From Myxococcales bacterium (GTDB lineage: Bacteria > Myxococcota_A > Polyangia > Haliangiales > Haliangiaceae): 64,000 bases of DNA. A model generated the notes under the pieces. The model was not told the DNA's origin, ran no database searches, and saw only the letters and a list, made by a program, of their open reading frames with translations. Of this stretch, positions 52,089-63,597 are shown piece by piece. The DNA lies in NCBI GenBank assembly GCA_016707895.1, contig JADJGV010000002.1, positions 335,695-399,694 on the forward strand, in the 5' to 3' direction. The position numbers and the translations under genes are program-made. Position 1 is the stretch's first letter, and every line of letters starts with the position of its first letter.

Positions 52089-55000
52089 TCACGGGCACGC
52101 GTTGGCGCTGCCCGGCGTCGCCGGGGTGGCGACGAACCCGCCGGCGCCCTCGGGGCAGCGGCCGGCCGACGCGACGTGGGCGGTCCACACGTGCTGATCG
52201 ACCCGCACGTCGTACGGCGTGTACAGGTTGGCGGCGTCCGCCGCGCCGAGCCCGAAAGTCAGGCGTAGCGCGGCGGCGCTGGTGTCGGCCTCGACCAGCA
52301 ACCGGGCGCCCGGCGCGATGGTGGTGCCGATCGGGAAGACCATCACGTGGGTCGGGTCGTTGTCGGTGAGCTTCCAGCCGCCGAGGTCGACCGCGGTCGC
52401 GCCCGTGTTGATCAGCTCGACGAAGTCGAGCGGCGTCGACGCCACCTCGTTCAGCTTGATCGTCGCCTGGCCGGCCACGGTCGGCGGCGTGCAGTCGTTG
52501 GCGACGCCGGGCGTCGGCGGTGTCGGCGCCCACATCGCGGCGCTCGCGTCCGTCGGGCAGCGGCTAGCCGCGGCGACGTCGGCGGTCCAGGCGTAGCGCG
52601 CGACCTCGGTGCCGGGCGGCGTGTAGACGACGATCGCGTCGGCCGGGTCGAGCGCGAACGGGAGGCGCAGCGCGGCCGCGCTGGTGGCCGCGTCGATCAG
52701 CAGGCGGCCGCCGGCGGCGATCGTAGTGGCGGCGGGGAGCTGGTAGACGTGGGTCGGATCGGCGTCGGTGAGCCGCCAGCCGCCGACGTCGACCGCGGTG
52801 GTGCCGCGGTTGAGCAGCTCGACGTAGTCGGCCGCCGAGTTGACCTCGCTGATCACGATCGACGTCTGGCCGGGGACCGGCGCCGCCACGTACTCGACGC
52901 CCAGCGCGCCGGGGTCCAGCTTGACGAAGTACGTCGGCGCCTGTCCCCCGGCGTTGTCGTTGGTGACCCACAGCCCGCCGGCGCCGAGCGCCAGGCCCTC
53001 GAGGTTCTCCTGATCGAAGCGGAAGCGGTGGGCCAGCAGGTCCACGGCGAGCGCCTTCTCGACCGGGTCGGCCGGGGCTCCGGCGGTGCCGCTGCCGAGC
53101 CGGAACACCCGGACGGTCTTGGACACCGCGTCGCCGGCCCAGCCCTGGTCGCGCTCGATGACCGCGAACTTGTCGCCGCCGAGGTGGAGCAGCTCCGACA
53201 GCGACTGGACGCCCGCGGCGCCGCCGCGATCGGCGTCGAGCGGATAGAAGAACCAGCGCCAGGTCCGCGCGTCGAGGTCGTACTCGCCGATGCGCGCCAG
53301 CTGGCCCTCGGTGGTCAGCGCGCGCTGCATCGCGACGTAGACGCGCACGCCGCCGGCCACCGCCGGGGTGGTGTCGACCACCGCCACGCCTTCGAAGCCG
53401 TTGGCCCGCACCGCGGTCCAGTCCAGCGCGCCGGGCTGCGCGCCGCACGGCAGATCCACGATCCCGCCGGCGCCGTACGCCGCGTCGAGGCGGCCGGCGG
53501 CGTCGAAGAACAACAGCCGGTTGCTCTGCGCCGAGCCCACGCACGGGGCGGTGGCGCCGTTGCCGGCGACGCCCTCGCTGGCGACGACGTGGCCGCCACC
53601 CGGCAACAGCGCCAGCCCCTCGGGGTCGTAGCCGACCAGCGGCGCGCCGGCCGCGTCGCGCAGCGGCAGGTCGCCGACCAGCTGCAGGCGGTGGCTGACG
53701 TGGTCGACCCAGAACGACCACAGCCGCGGCGCCGCGACCGCGCTGTCGGGCACCGCCAGCACCAGGCCGCTGGCCGGATCGACGGCGAGCGCGCCGAGCG
53801 CCGCGAACGGGACGCCGTCGGACCGTGCGTCGTAGGCGTCGGCGCCGTTGCCCGCGTCCGCGGCGTCGGTGACCGCCTGGTAGATCCACAGGCCACCGCC
53901 GGTGCCGTTGCCCTCTCCGGCCGCGACCACCAGGCCGCGCTGCGGCAGCGCGAGCACGCTCTCGGGGCGCATCGGCGCGCCGAGCATCTGGCGGATGACC
54001 GGCGCGGTCGGCGTGCTGACGTCGATCACGAACAGCGCGGCGTTGCGCTCGCCGGTCACGAACGCGTACTCGGTGCCGCCGAACACCCCGGTGCCGCAGC
54101 CCTCGGGCTCGATGCCGCGGTTGGCCGAGCGGCCGTCGGGGTACGCGCCGCCGCGCAGCGCGTACCACTCGAGCGCGTCGCCGCTGTCGTAGACCCGCGC
54201 GCCGTCGGCGCGGAACACCGAGAAGCCGCGGCCGCCAGAATAGACCCCGGCGCCGAACGCGTTGTTCGCGACGTCGCCCTCGTTGGCGGTGATGAAGAAG
54301 CTGCCGCCGGCGAACAGGCACGCCGCGTCGGGCTGCAGCTGGCCGACGAAGCCGGTGGCCGAGAAGTCGATGGCGCGGTTCGCGGTGAGGTCCGCGCGGG
54401 CGTGGATCGACGAGCCAGCGTCGATGTAGCGGGTCACGGTCGCGGTGGCCAGGTCGATCACCGCGATCAAGTTGTTCTCCTGCAGGGTGACGAAGGCCGT
54501 GGCGCCGTCGGGCGTGACGTCGACGTACTCCGGCTGCGGGTCGGTCGGCTGGTTACCGATGGTCGGGGTCAGCGCGATGGTGACGACCGTCGACGCGCCC
54601 GGCGTGGCGGTGTTGATGGTCAGGACCTGCACGCTGCCGGGGCGCGCCTGTGCCACCTGGTTGCCGTCGGGGTTCTCCTCGTCCTCGATCGCGATCACCG
54701 CGCGGGTGCCATCGGGAGTCAGGTGGATGCTGTCGGGGCCGACCCCGACCGCGACGGTGCCGACCACGGCGCGGGTGGTGAGGTCGATGAACGCGACCGC
54801 GCCGGCGTCGGCGCGGCCGATCGGATCGGTGGTGTCCTTGACCGTCACCAGCGCGAAGCGGCCGTCGGGCGTGATCGCCACCGACGTCGGCTCACCGGTG
54901 CCGCTGGCCACCGCGGTGCTGACGTCGATCGTCGCCAGCGCGACCGGCGCGTCGGCGCGGGTGAGGTCGACCAGGCCGATGGTGCCGGCGGGACCGCTGG

Positions 55001-55580
55001 TGTACGCCAGGGTCAGGCCGTCGGCGGAGGCGGCCACGATCTCGGCGATCGGGCCGGACGGGAGCGTGAAGCGCGCGAGCTCGCGGAAGCCGACCACCGC
55101 CGGGCCGCTCGGCGCACCGTCGCACACGTACGCGGTGGTGGTGATCTCGGCGGTGTCGAGGGTGCCGTCGCGATCGCTGTCGAGGCCGGTGTCGACGCGG
55201 CTGCCGCCGAACGTGCAGTTCGCGCCGGGCGCCTCGGGCCGCACGTCGATCAGCACGGTGACGCCGTCGGTGCCGTCCATCCCGTCGATGCCATCGGTGC
55301 CGTCGGTGCCGTCGGTGCCGTCGGTGCCGTCGGTGCCGTCGGTGCCGTCGGTGCCGTCGGTGCCGTCGCAGACGTAGGTCGTCGCGTCGACTTCACCGGG
55401 GTCGAGCGCCCCGTCGCCGTCGTCATCGCGCCCGGCGTCGACGCGGGTGCCGCCCGCGAGGCAGTTGTTGCCGGGAGCCTCGTCGGAGAACGCGAGCAGC
55501 GGTCCGGGCGCAGCATCCTGGCCACAGGCCGCGACGGCCAGCGCTCCAGCGATGAACAACAGCGATCGTCCTGGCGACAT
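52089..55580 (-). CDS. large surface lipoprotein: (GTD)n linker, beta-propeller/phytase-like (choice-of-anchor-I-like) region, two C-terminal lamin-tail (LTD) domains
   Basis: Internal ATG gives lipobox LAVAACG. GTDGTDGTDG… repeat. Two LTD-like units (…VISEVNSAADYVELLNRG…GGWRLTD… and …KLNEVASTPLDFVELINTG…GGWKLTD…). The antisense ORF 52347..55652 is rejected. Confidence 0.75.
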   Translation of the reverse strand: MSPGRSLLFIAGALAVAACGQDAAPGPLLAFSDEAPGNNCLAGGTRVDAGRDDDGDGALDPGEVDATTYVCDGTDGTDGTDGTDGTDGTDGTDGTDGIDGMDGTDGVTVLIDVRPEAPGANCTFGGSRVDTGLDSDRDGTLDTAEITTTAYVCDGAPSGPAVVGFRELARFTLPSGPIAEIVAASADGLTLAYTSGPAGTIGLVDLTRADAPVALATIDVSTAVASGTGEPTSVAITPDGRFALVTVKDTTDPIGRADAGAVAFIDLTTRAVVGTVAVGVGPDSIHLTPDGTRAVIAIEDEENPDGNQVAQARPGSVQVLTINTATPGASTVVTIALTPTIGNQPTDPQPEYVDVTPDGATAFVTLQENNLIAVIDLATATVTRYIDAGSSIHARADLTANRAIDFSATGFVGQLQPDAACLFAGGSFFITANEGDVANNAFGAGVYSGGRGFSVFRADGARVYDSGDALEWYALRGGAYPDGRSANRGIEPEGCGTGVFGGTEYAFVTGERNAALFVIDVSTPTAPVIRQMLGAPMRPESVLALPQRGLVVAAGEGNGTGGGLWIYQAVTDAADAGNGADAYDARSDGVPFAALGALAVDPASGLVLAVPDSAVAAPRLWSFWVDHVSHRLQLVGDLPLRDAAGAPLVGYDPEGLALLPGGGHVVASEGVAGNGATAPCVGSAQSNRLLFFDAAGRLDAAYGAGGIVDLPCGAQPGALDWTAVRANGFEGVAVVDTTPAVAGGVRVYVAMQRALTTEGQLARIGEYDLDARTWRWFFYPLDADRGGAAGVQSLSELLHLGGDKFAVIERDQGWAGDAVSKTVRVFRLGSGTAGAPADPVEKALAVDLLAHRFRFDQENLEGLALGAGGLWVTNDNAGGQAPTYFVKLDPGALGVEYVAAPVPGQTSIVISEVNSAADYVELLNRGTTAVDVGGWRLTDADPTHVYQLPAATTIAAGGRLLIDAATSAAALRLPFALDPADAIVVYTPPGTEVARYAWTADVAAASRCPTDASAAMWAPTPPTPGVANDCTPPTVAGQATIKLNEVASTPLDFVELINTGATAVDLGGWKLTDNDPTHVMVFPIGTTIAPGARLLVEADTSAAALRLTFGLGAADAANLYTPYDVRVDQHVWTAHVASAGRCPEGAGGFVATPATPGSANACP
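55264..55367 (-). repeat. 9-bp in-frame tandem repeat (GGTGCCGTC)n, ~10 copies, encoding (GTD)n
   Basis: Read directly. Lies within the CDS 52089..55580. Length changes would preserve the reading frame. Confidence 0.6.
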
Positions 55581-55703
55581 GGCCGAGACCTTGGCGGCGC
55601 TACGTGTGCGCACGATGCGGCGCGCGTGACGCCCTGGCGACAGTTCGGTTGAGCGATCGCCGCACCGCCTGCCGCGCGGCTCGCGGTCGTGGTACGTCGA
55701 GCC

Positions 55704-56804
55704 ATGGCCGCTCGCCTGCTGCTGGTCGCGTCGGCGCTCGCGCTGTTCGCGGGCGGGTGCAAGGACCGCAAGCCCACCCGCGGCGCGGTGCGGGTGGTGG
55801 TCGACGCCGGCGCGGCGCCGGTCGACGCCGGCGTCCCCGACCTCGGCTTCGTGCGCGGCGACGTCGTGATCGATCAGCTGCGCGACGGTCGCCACCAGCC
55901 GGCGCGGCTCGATCCCGCGACGCGGAGCTGGGTGCTGCTGGGCGACGGCGTCGGCGATCTGTACGTCACCGGCCACCGCCTCGGCGACGGCCTGCTGGCG
56001 ATCGCCACCGTGGGCAGCCACGAGGACGACCACCAGGAGCAGCTGGCGATCGTGATCGGCGCCCGGGTGGCGCGGTTCGGCCCCACCGCGAAGCAGGTGC
56101 GCCACCCCAGCGCGGCCGGCGGCGCCGTGGTGTTCGCCAGCGACCTCGCCAGCTACAGCGATCTGTACGCGATCACGCCCACCGCGCCGCCGCGCCGGCT
56201 CACCGACGACGCGGCCGGCAACTTCGAGCCGGCGCTGGCGCCCGACGGCGCGCGGGTGGCGTTCGCGTCATCGCGCGACGGCAACGCCGAGCTGTACGTC
56301 CAGCCGGTGGCCGGCCGCGCCGCTCGCCGCCTCACCGACGCCAGCCGCGACGACTGGAACCCCGCGTGGTCGCCCGATGGCAGCCAGCTGGCGTTCCTGT
56401 CGGATCGCACCGGCAGCGATCGCGTGCACCTGATCCCCGCCGCCGGCGGCGAGGCGCGCCGGCTGTCGAGCGAGCCGGGCACCACCGCGATGGAGGAGCA
56501 GCCGGCGTGGTCGCCCGACGGCCGCGCGGTGGCGTTCGTGCGCATGGGCGGCGGGCGCGCGGCGATCACGATCGTCGATGTCGCCACCGGCGCGACCCGC
56601 ACGCTCACCCCCGACGGCGACGCCGACCGCGGCTTCGCGTGGAGCCCCGACGGCCAGGCGATGATCGTCGCGCGCCGAGCGGCCAGCGGGGCGGCCACCG
56701 TCGTGCTGGTGCGGGTCGCCGACGGCGCGGTGCTCGATCGCTGGCCCGGCGACCCCGCCTACCTGCGGTGGATCGCGCCGTCGCCGGTCACGCCAGCTCG
56801 GTGA
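55704..56804 (+). CDS. TolB-like PD40 beta-propeller repeat lipoprotein
   Basis: Lipobox LFAGGC. Repeated …P.WSPDG..(V/L)AF.S.R.G… units. Confidence 0.75.
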   Translation: MAARLLLVASALALFAGGCKDRKPTRGAVRVVVDAGAAPVDAGVPDLGFVRGDVVIDQLRDGRHQPARLDPATRSWVLLGDGVGDLYVTGHRLGDGLLAIATVGSHEDDHQEQLAIVIGARVARFGPTAKQVRHPSAAGGAVVFASDLASYSDLYAITPTAPPRRLTDDAAGNFEPALAPDGARVAFASSRDGNAELYVQPVAGRAARRLTDASRDDWNPAWSPDGSQLAFLSDRTGSDRVHLIPAAGGEARRLSSEPGTTAMEEQPAWSPDGRAVAFVRMGGGRAAITIVDVATGATRTLTPDGDADRGFAWSPDGQAMIVARRAASGAATVVLVRVADGAVLDRWPGDPAYLRWIAPSPVTPAR

Positions 56805-57636
56805 GCCCGGGGCTGGCGAACCGCGTGCCGGCCGGGAACGTCAGCCCGAACTCGCCGGCCAGCGTGGCCAGGAGGGCGTCGTAGCTGGGCAGCGTCTCGA
56901 CCACCGTCGCGCCGTCGTGGGCGCGGCGGGTCAGCGTGCGATCGACCAGCGTCAGCCGGCCGGTGGGCGTGGCGCGCGCGACGATCAGCCGATCGCGGAA
57001 GTGCGAGCGCGGGTGCGCGCTGGTGTACCAGTTGCCGACCACCCGATCGATCTCGGGCATCTCCTCGAGCGTGAACTCGTTGACGTCGGCCCACTCGTCG
57101 CCCAGCCGCACCTGGTGGAACAGCCGCGCGTCGGGGCTGCGCCGGGTGAAGCCGTCCCACGCGCCCTCGGCGATGATCCGCCGCGGCTCGTGCGGCGTCG
57201 GCTGCGGCTCGTCGAGGCGCAGCCGGATCGCCGAGGTCAGCGACCACGCGCCGACGCCGACGTCGCACAGCCACGGCCCATCGTCGAGCTCGACCCGGAC
57301 GAAGACGTGGGTGCGCGCCGGCGTGAACTCGCGGGCCCGGCCGATGCGCACCCGCGCCGAGATCGGGCGCGCCGCGAAGCCGAGCGCGGTCAGCACGTGC
57401 AAGAACAGCGAGTTGTGCTCGAAGCAGTAGCCGCCGCGGCCGGCGCCGACCAGCTTGGCCTCGACCGCCGCCGGGTCGAGGTCGATCCCGCGGTCGAGCA
57501 GCACGTCCGCGTTCTCGAACGGGATCGTGCTGACGTGGGCGTGCGACAGCGCGTGCAGCGTGTCGACCGTCGGGGGCGTGGGGCCGGCGTAGCCGATCCG
57601 GGCGAGGTAGGCGGCGAGGTCGGGGCGGTAGGTCAC
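56788..57636 (-). CDS. arylamine N-acetyltransferase
   Basis: Catalytic Cys motif GGYCFEHN. Overall NAT length. Confidence 0.8.
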   Translation of the reverse strand: MTYRPDLAAYLARIGYAGPTPPTVDTLHALSHAHVSTIPFENADVLLDRGIDLDPAAVEAKLVGAGRGGYCFEHNSLFLHVLTALGFAARPISARVRIGRAREFTPARTHVFVRVELDDGPWLCDVGVGAWSLTSAIRLRLDEPQPTPHEPRRIIAEGAWDGFTRRSPDARLFHQVRLGDEWADVNEFTLEEMPEIDRVVGNWYTSAHPRSHFRDRLIVARATPTGRLTLVDRTLTRRAHDGATVVETLPSYDALLATLAGEFGLTFPAGTRFASPGLTELA

Positions 57637-57637
57637 G

Positions 57638-58291
57638 TCACGCCGACGGTAGCTCGCCGGGCTCGATCACGGTAGCCGCGCTGATGCGATCGAGCCGGAA
57701 CTGCCGGTCCTCGCCGAGCTCGAGATCGACGCAGTTGAGCAGCGTCAGCTCGCGGTCGAACACCAGGTTGCGGATGCGCACCAGGCGCGGCGCGACGGTG
57801 TACGCGTTCTTCTGGTAGTGGATGCGCAGCGCGCGGTCCTCGAACCACGCGGTCTCGACGGCGCGCCGCACCGGCGGCGTCACCGGCAGCGCCGGCACGC
57901 CGACGAACTGCAGCTTGTCGAGCAGGCCGAGCAGCTCGCGCTGGGCCGAGGTCGACAGCGCGCCGCGCACCTTGTCGAGCGCGGCCTCGAGGTTGTCGGT
58001 GAACGGCAGCAGGCGCTGCTGGCTGGCCATGCGGCCGAGCGCGACCAGCAGCGCGGCCTCGCGCGCGGTCAGGTTGATCGGCGGCAGCTGGTAGCTCTTG
58101 TCGAGCGCGTAGCCGCCGCCACGGCCGCGATCGGCGCGCAGCGGCAGGCCGGCGTCCTGCAGGGTCGCCAGGTCGCGGTAGATCGTGCGCACGGTGACGC
58201 CGAACCGCTCGGCCAGCGCCTCGGCGGTGACGCCGGTGCGGCGGGCGCGGAGGGCCTCGGCCAGGGCGAACAGGCGGGTCTTGCGGTTCAT
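57638..58291 (-). CDS. YafY-family transcriptional regulator (HTH + WYL)
   Basis: N-terminal HTH (…LAERFGVTVRTIYRDLATLQDAGLP…). C-terminal WYL-like region. Confidence 0.8.
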   Translation of the reverse strand: MNRKTRLFALAEALRARRTGVTAEALAERFGVTVRTIYRDLATLQDAGLPLRADRGRGGGYALDKSYQLPPINLTAREAALLVALGRMASQQRLLPFTDNLEAALDKVRGALSTSAQRELLGLLDKLQFVGVPALPVTPPVRRAVETAWFEDRALRIHYQKNAYTVAPRLVRIRNLVFDRELTLLNCVDLELGEDRQFRLDRISAATVIEPGELPSA

Positions 58292-58339
58292 GTCAAACCT
58301 GACAGAAGGCTGTCAAATGCCTCGGGTAGAAGCAAGGGC

Positions 58340-58747
58340 ATGTCGAACACGAGCAATCCCAAGCCCTACAACGCCATCAACTGGTTCGAGATCCCGACCC
58401 GCGACATGGACCGCGCGGTCGCGTTCTACGAGCGCACCCTGGCCCTGACGCTGAAGCGCGAGATCTTCGGCGGCATGCCGCACGCGGTGTTCCCCTCGCA
58501 GTGCCCCGCCGGCGGCCACGCGGTCGCCGGGGCGATCGTCGCCGACGGTCCGCACCTCACCCCCGGCACCGCCGGCACGGTGATCTACCTCGACTGCAAG
58601 GACGGCGTGGCCGCGGCGCTGGCCCGGGCCACCGCGGCCGGCGCCAAGGTCGTGCTGCCGCACATGGGCATCGGCGAGAACGGCTTCATCGCGATCGTCG
58701 ACGACCTCGACGGCAACCGCGTCGGCCTGCACGCGATGACCGCGTGA
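58340..58747 (+). CDS. VOC-family (glyoxalase/bleomycin-resistance fold) protein
   Basis: …INWFEIPTRDMDRAVAFYERTL… plus …GFIAIVDDLDGNRVGLH…. Divergent from the YafY regulator. Confidence 0.75.
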   Translation: MSNTSNPKPYNAINWFEIPTRDMDRAVAFYERTLALTLKREIFGGMPHAVFPSQCPAGGHAVAGAIVADGPHLTPGTAGTVIYLDCKDGVAAALARATAAGAKVVLPHMGIGENGFIAIVDDLDGNRVGLHAMTA

Positions 58748-58816
58748 TCACGCCAGCGCAGAGGGTTGGTCAGAACTCGGATCCCCGCGCACGATCTCAC
58801 GTATCGGGTGGGGGAC

Positions 58817-58863
58817 CCACGGGGGCGTGACCCCGTGGGGGAGGGTTTGTCGACAAACCCTCC
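58817..58863. terminator. two adjacent hairpins between convergent genes, including a perfect 24-bp palindrome GGAGGGTTTGTCGACAAACCCTCC
   Basis: CCACGGGG-gcgtga-CCCCGTGG, then the palindrome at 58840..58863, which overlaps the stop of the minus-strand gene. Could be a bidirectional terminator or a protein-binding site. Confidence 0.45.
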
Positions 58864-59216
58864 TAGTAGTCCAGCGCGGCGCGCAGGCCGTCGGCGGTGA
58901 AGCCGACCACCAGCGTGTCGCCCACGCGCACCGCCGGCGCGCGCAGGTTGCCGCTGGGGCCGATCACCAGCGCGCGCAGCGTCGCGTCGTCGGGCCGGTC
59001 GCGCGCCACGTCGATGGTGACGGTCTGCTTGCCCTTGGCCACGACCAGGCGGCGGGCCTGCCGCACCAGCGCCAGCGCGGCCGGCTCGGCGATCGGCGCC
59101 TTGTCGGCGCGCACCAGCTCGCGGATCTCGATCCCGTCTGTCGCAAGCAACTCTTGCGATCGTTTGCAGCTCGTTCAACCGTTGCGATGGAAGTACCAGT
59201 CGACTGCCTTGGGCAT
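58863..59216 (-). CDS. ArsC/Spx-family thiol-reductase-like protein with in-frame TGA at the first Cys of the CxxC motif (candidate selenoprotein, UxxC), or a nonsense-mutated pseudogene
   Basis: Minus-strand ATG near 59216, 13 sense codons, TGA, then the in-frame ORF 58863..59150: MPKAVDWYFHRNG-U-TSCKRSQELLATDGIEIRELV…. Compare B. subtilis Spx SPSC-TSC-RKA. Total 117 aa, matching the family size. A hairpin lies ~15 nt 3' of the TGA. Confidence 0.5.
59142..59160 (-). promoter_or_regulatory. SECIS-like hairpin (7-bp stem UCGCAAG/CUUGCGA, 5-nt loop AGUUG) ~15 nt downstream of the in-frame UGA
   Basis: Read on the minus strand. The loop contains GU. Spacing is consistent with published bacterial SECIS models. 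Confidence 0.35.
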
Positions 59217-59443
59217 GTGACACAGGTACCACGGCGACGGCATCCGCTGGCAACGCCTCGGCCGCGTGATCGAGTAGCCGCGATCACAGCTGCCTAGGAT
59301 CGGACGCGACCCGCGACCGGCCTGCCCAGTTCTGCGCAGGTGGCTGCGCGATCCTCCACGGGGGGCCCCCGGCGAAGCCGGTCCTGCGCCGGTCGCGCGC
59401 TGGCGCGACGGTTGCTACCGCCCGCGGTCAGGAGGACTGACCG

Positions 59444-60850
59444 ATGAGCATCACGACGCGAGGTACCCGGGTTGCGCTGCTGGCGCTGGCGCTGGCGGCA
59501 TGTGGCGACGACGGCGGCGCTGGGCCGATCGACGCCGGGGACGCGGCGGTGTCGCCCGACGCCGCCGACGGCTTGACCGCGGTGGCGACCGTGCCGACGG
59601 ACCTGAACCGGGCGCTCGACCTGCTGCTGGTGATCGACAACTCGGGCTCGATGCAGGAGGAGCAGCAGTCGCTCGCGTCCAACCTGCCGCAGCTGATCAA
59701 CATCCTGAACACCGCGCCCGGCGGGCTGCCCGACGTGCACATCGGCGTGGTGTCGACCAACGTCGGCAGCGGCGGCGTCGAGATCGGCGGCTGCTCGTCC
59801 GCGACCCGACCCCAGGGCGACGACGGCAACCTGCTGACCACCGGCTGCCCCGGCCCGCAGGCCGCGTTCCTCGAGGACCTGCGCAACCCCGACGGCTCGC
59901 GCGCACGCAACTACAGCGGCGACCTCGCGACGGTGCTGAGCTGCATGACCCGCCTCGGCACCACCGGCTGCGGCTTCGAGCAGCCGCTCGAGGCGATGAA
60001 GCGCGCGCTGTCGCCCGGCCGCAACCCGGGCTTCCTGCGCCCCAACGCGATGCTCGGCGTGCTGATCGTCACCGACGAGGACGACTGCTCGGCGATCGAC
60101 GGCGGCGCGATGTTCGGCGATCCCAACGCGACGATCTCGTCGCCGCTGGGGCCGCGCACGTCGTTCCGCTGCTTCGAGTTCGGCGTGCAGTGCGCCGGCG
60201 ACACCAACCCGCGCGCCTTCGGCACCAAGACCGGCTGCGCGCCGCGCGTCGGCTCGCCGTACATGCCGACCGTCCAGCCGTACATCGACTTCGTGCGCGG
60301 GCTCAAGGCCGATCCGACGCAGGTCGTGGTGTCGACCATCGCCGGCAACGTCGACGACGCGCGCACCGCGGTGATCGGCGCCGATCTCGACGACCCCACC
60401 CGCCCGAGCTTGCAGGCGAGCTGCTCGTCGGCCTCCGGCATCGCCGCCCCCGCGCTGCGGCTGCGCACGTTCCTCGAGGGCTTCCCCGAGCGCAACGCGG
60501 CGTCGACGGTCTGCAACGACAACCTCACCGACGCGCTGACCGCGTTCGGGCAGCTGGTGCGGCGCGCCCAGGGCGACGCCTGCCTCCGCGGCACGCTGGC
60601 CGACGTCGACCCCGCCGCGCCCGGCGTCCAGCTGCGCTGCGAGGTCACCCAGTACACCGTCGTCGGCGGCGTGCGCACCGACCCGGTCGGGCTGCCGGCG
60701 TGCGGCGCCGGCGGGCCGCCGTGCTGGCAGCTGGTCGCCGATCCGCTGCACTGCCCGGCCACGCCGGAGCACCAGGCGCTCGAGGTCGTGCGCACCGGCG
60801 CGGCCCCCGCCGGCACCCTGGTCGAGGCCCGCTGTCAGGTCGAGCCGTAG
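59444..60850 (+). CDS. vWA-domain lipoprotein
   Basis: AGGAGG RBS. Lipobox LALAACG. MIDAS motif [11 protein letters not shown]. Many Cys in the C-terminal half. Confidence 0.7.
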   Translation: MSITTRGTRVALLALALAACGDDGGAGPIDAGDAAVSPDAADGLTAVATVPTDLNRALDLLLVIDNSGSMQEEQQSLASNLPQLINILNTAPGGLPDVHIGVVSTNVGSGGVEIGGCSSATRPQGDDGNLLTTGCPGPQAAFLEDLRNPDGSRARNYSGDLATVLSCMTRLGTTGCGFEQPLEAMKRALSPGRNPGFLRPNAMLGVLIVTDEDDCSAIDGGAMFGDPNATISSPLGPRTSFRCFEFGVQCAGDTNPRAFGTKTGCAPRVGSPYMPTVQPYIDFVRGLKADPTQVVVSTIAGNVDDARTAVIGADLDDPTRPSLQASCSSASGIAAPALRLRTFLEGFPERNAASTVCNDNLTDALTAFGQLVRRAQGDACLRGTLADVDPAAPGVQLRCEVTQYTVVGGVRTDPVGLPACGAGGPPCWQLVADPLHCPATPEHQALEVVRTGAAPAGTLVEARCQVEP

Positions 60851-60855
60851 CGCCG

Positions 60856-62886
<2,031 letters not shown>

Positions 62887-62933
62887 GGTCGCAGTCTAGC
62901 GCCGAAGCTGACAGCGTCCTGTCAGGTATCGCG

Positions 62934-63464
62934 TCACAGCCGGTAGGCGAGGCCGGCGCTGACGCCGAGGCCGGGGATGGCCCCGCCGGCCGCGCTGACG
63001 TAGCCGCGCGCCTCGAGGGCGAGGCGCAGCCGCAGGTGATCGCCGCCGACGTCGAGGCCGAGCCGCGGCGCGATCAGCGGGCCGTTGTGCTTCTCGTGCA
63101 TGTCCTCCTTCTCCCAGGTGCTGGCCTGGAAGCCCAGGTCGAGCCCGACCAGGTGGCACACCGCGCCGCTGGCGCCGCAGCGCTGGTGCTCGGCGCCGAC
63201 CCGGAGCTCGAAGTGACCGCCGGAGCCCTCGGAGTCGCCGGCCTGGCCCACGCGCAGCGAGCCGTGACCCGACCACGGGCCGGCGAGGCGGGTGCCGATC
63301 TCGGCGCCGGCGTCGAGGGCGACGAACTGATCGACCGAGGCCGCCGTCAGCGCCGAGACGTACGTCTGGCTCGGCGCGGCGGGGGGAGGTGAGGCCTCGT
63401 CGGCGATGGCAAGCGACGGCAACGACAGGAACAGGGCGGCGGTCAGGGCGAGGCGCGGGTGCAT
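62934..63464 (-). CDS. outer-membrane beta-barrel protein
   Basis: Signal [21 protein letters not shown]. Alternating amphipathic beta-strands. C-terminal …GLAYRL. Alternative start at 63488. Confidence 0.55.
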   Translation of the reverse strand: MHPRLALTAALFLSLPSLAIADEASPPPAAPSQTYVSALTAASVDQFVALDAGAEIGTRLAGPWSGHGSLRVGQAGDSEGSGGHFELRVGAEHQRCGASGAVCHLVGLDLGFQASTWEKEDMHEKHNGPLIAPRLGLDVGGDHLRLRLALEARGYVSAAGGAIPGLGVSAGLAYRL

Positions 63465-63597
63465 GTCGCCAGAGATTGCGAAGCTCATGCCGGCGTGGCG
63501 CCAGCGTTGAGGCGGCTTCCGGGCAGCAGGGTGTGCGGCGGTCACCGCCCGGCGTCGAGGTCCGGACACCCGGCGCCGACCGGCGTACGATCCGGCG

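Noticed and set aside
52347-55652. 1101-aa plus-strand ORF antisense to the large lipoprotein
   Set aside because: Arg/Gly/Asp low-complexity translation. The minus strand encodes a domain-rich lipoprotein with lipobox and LTD domains.
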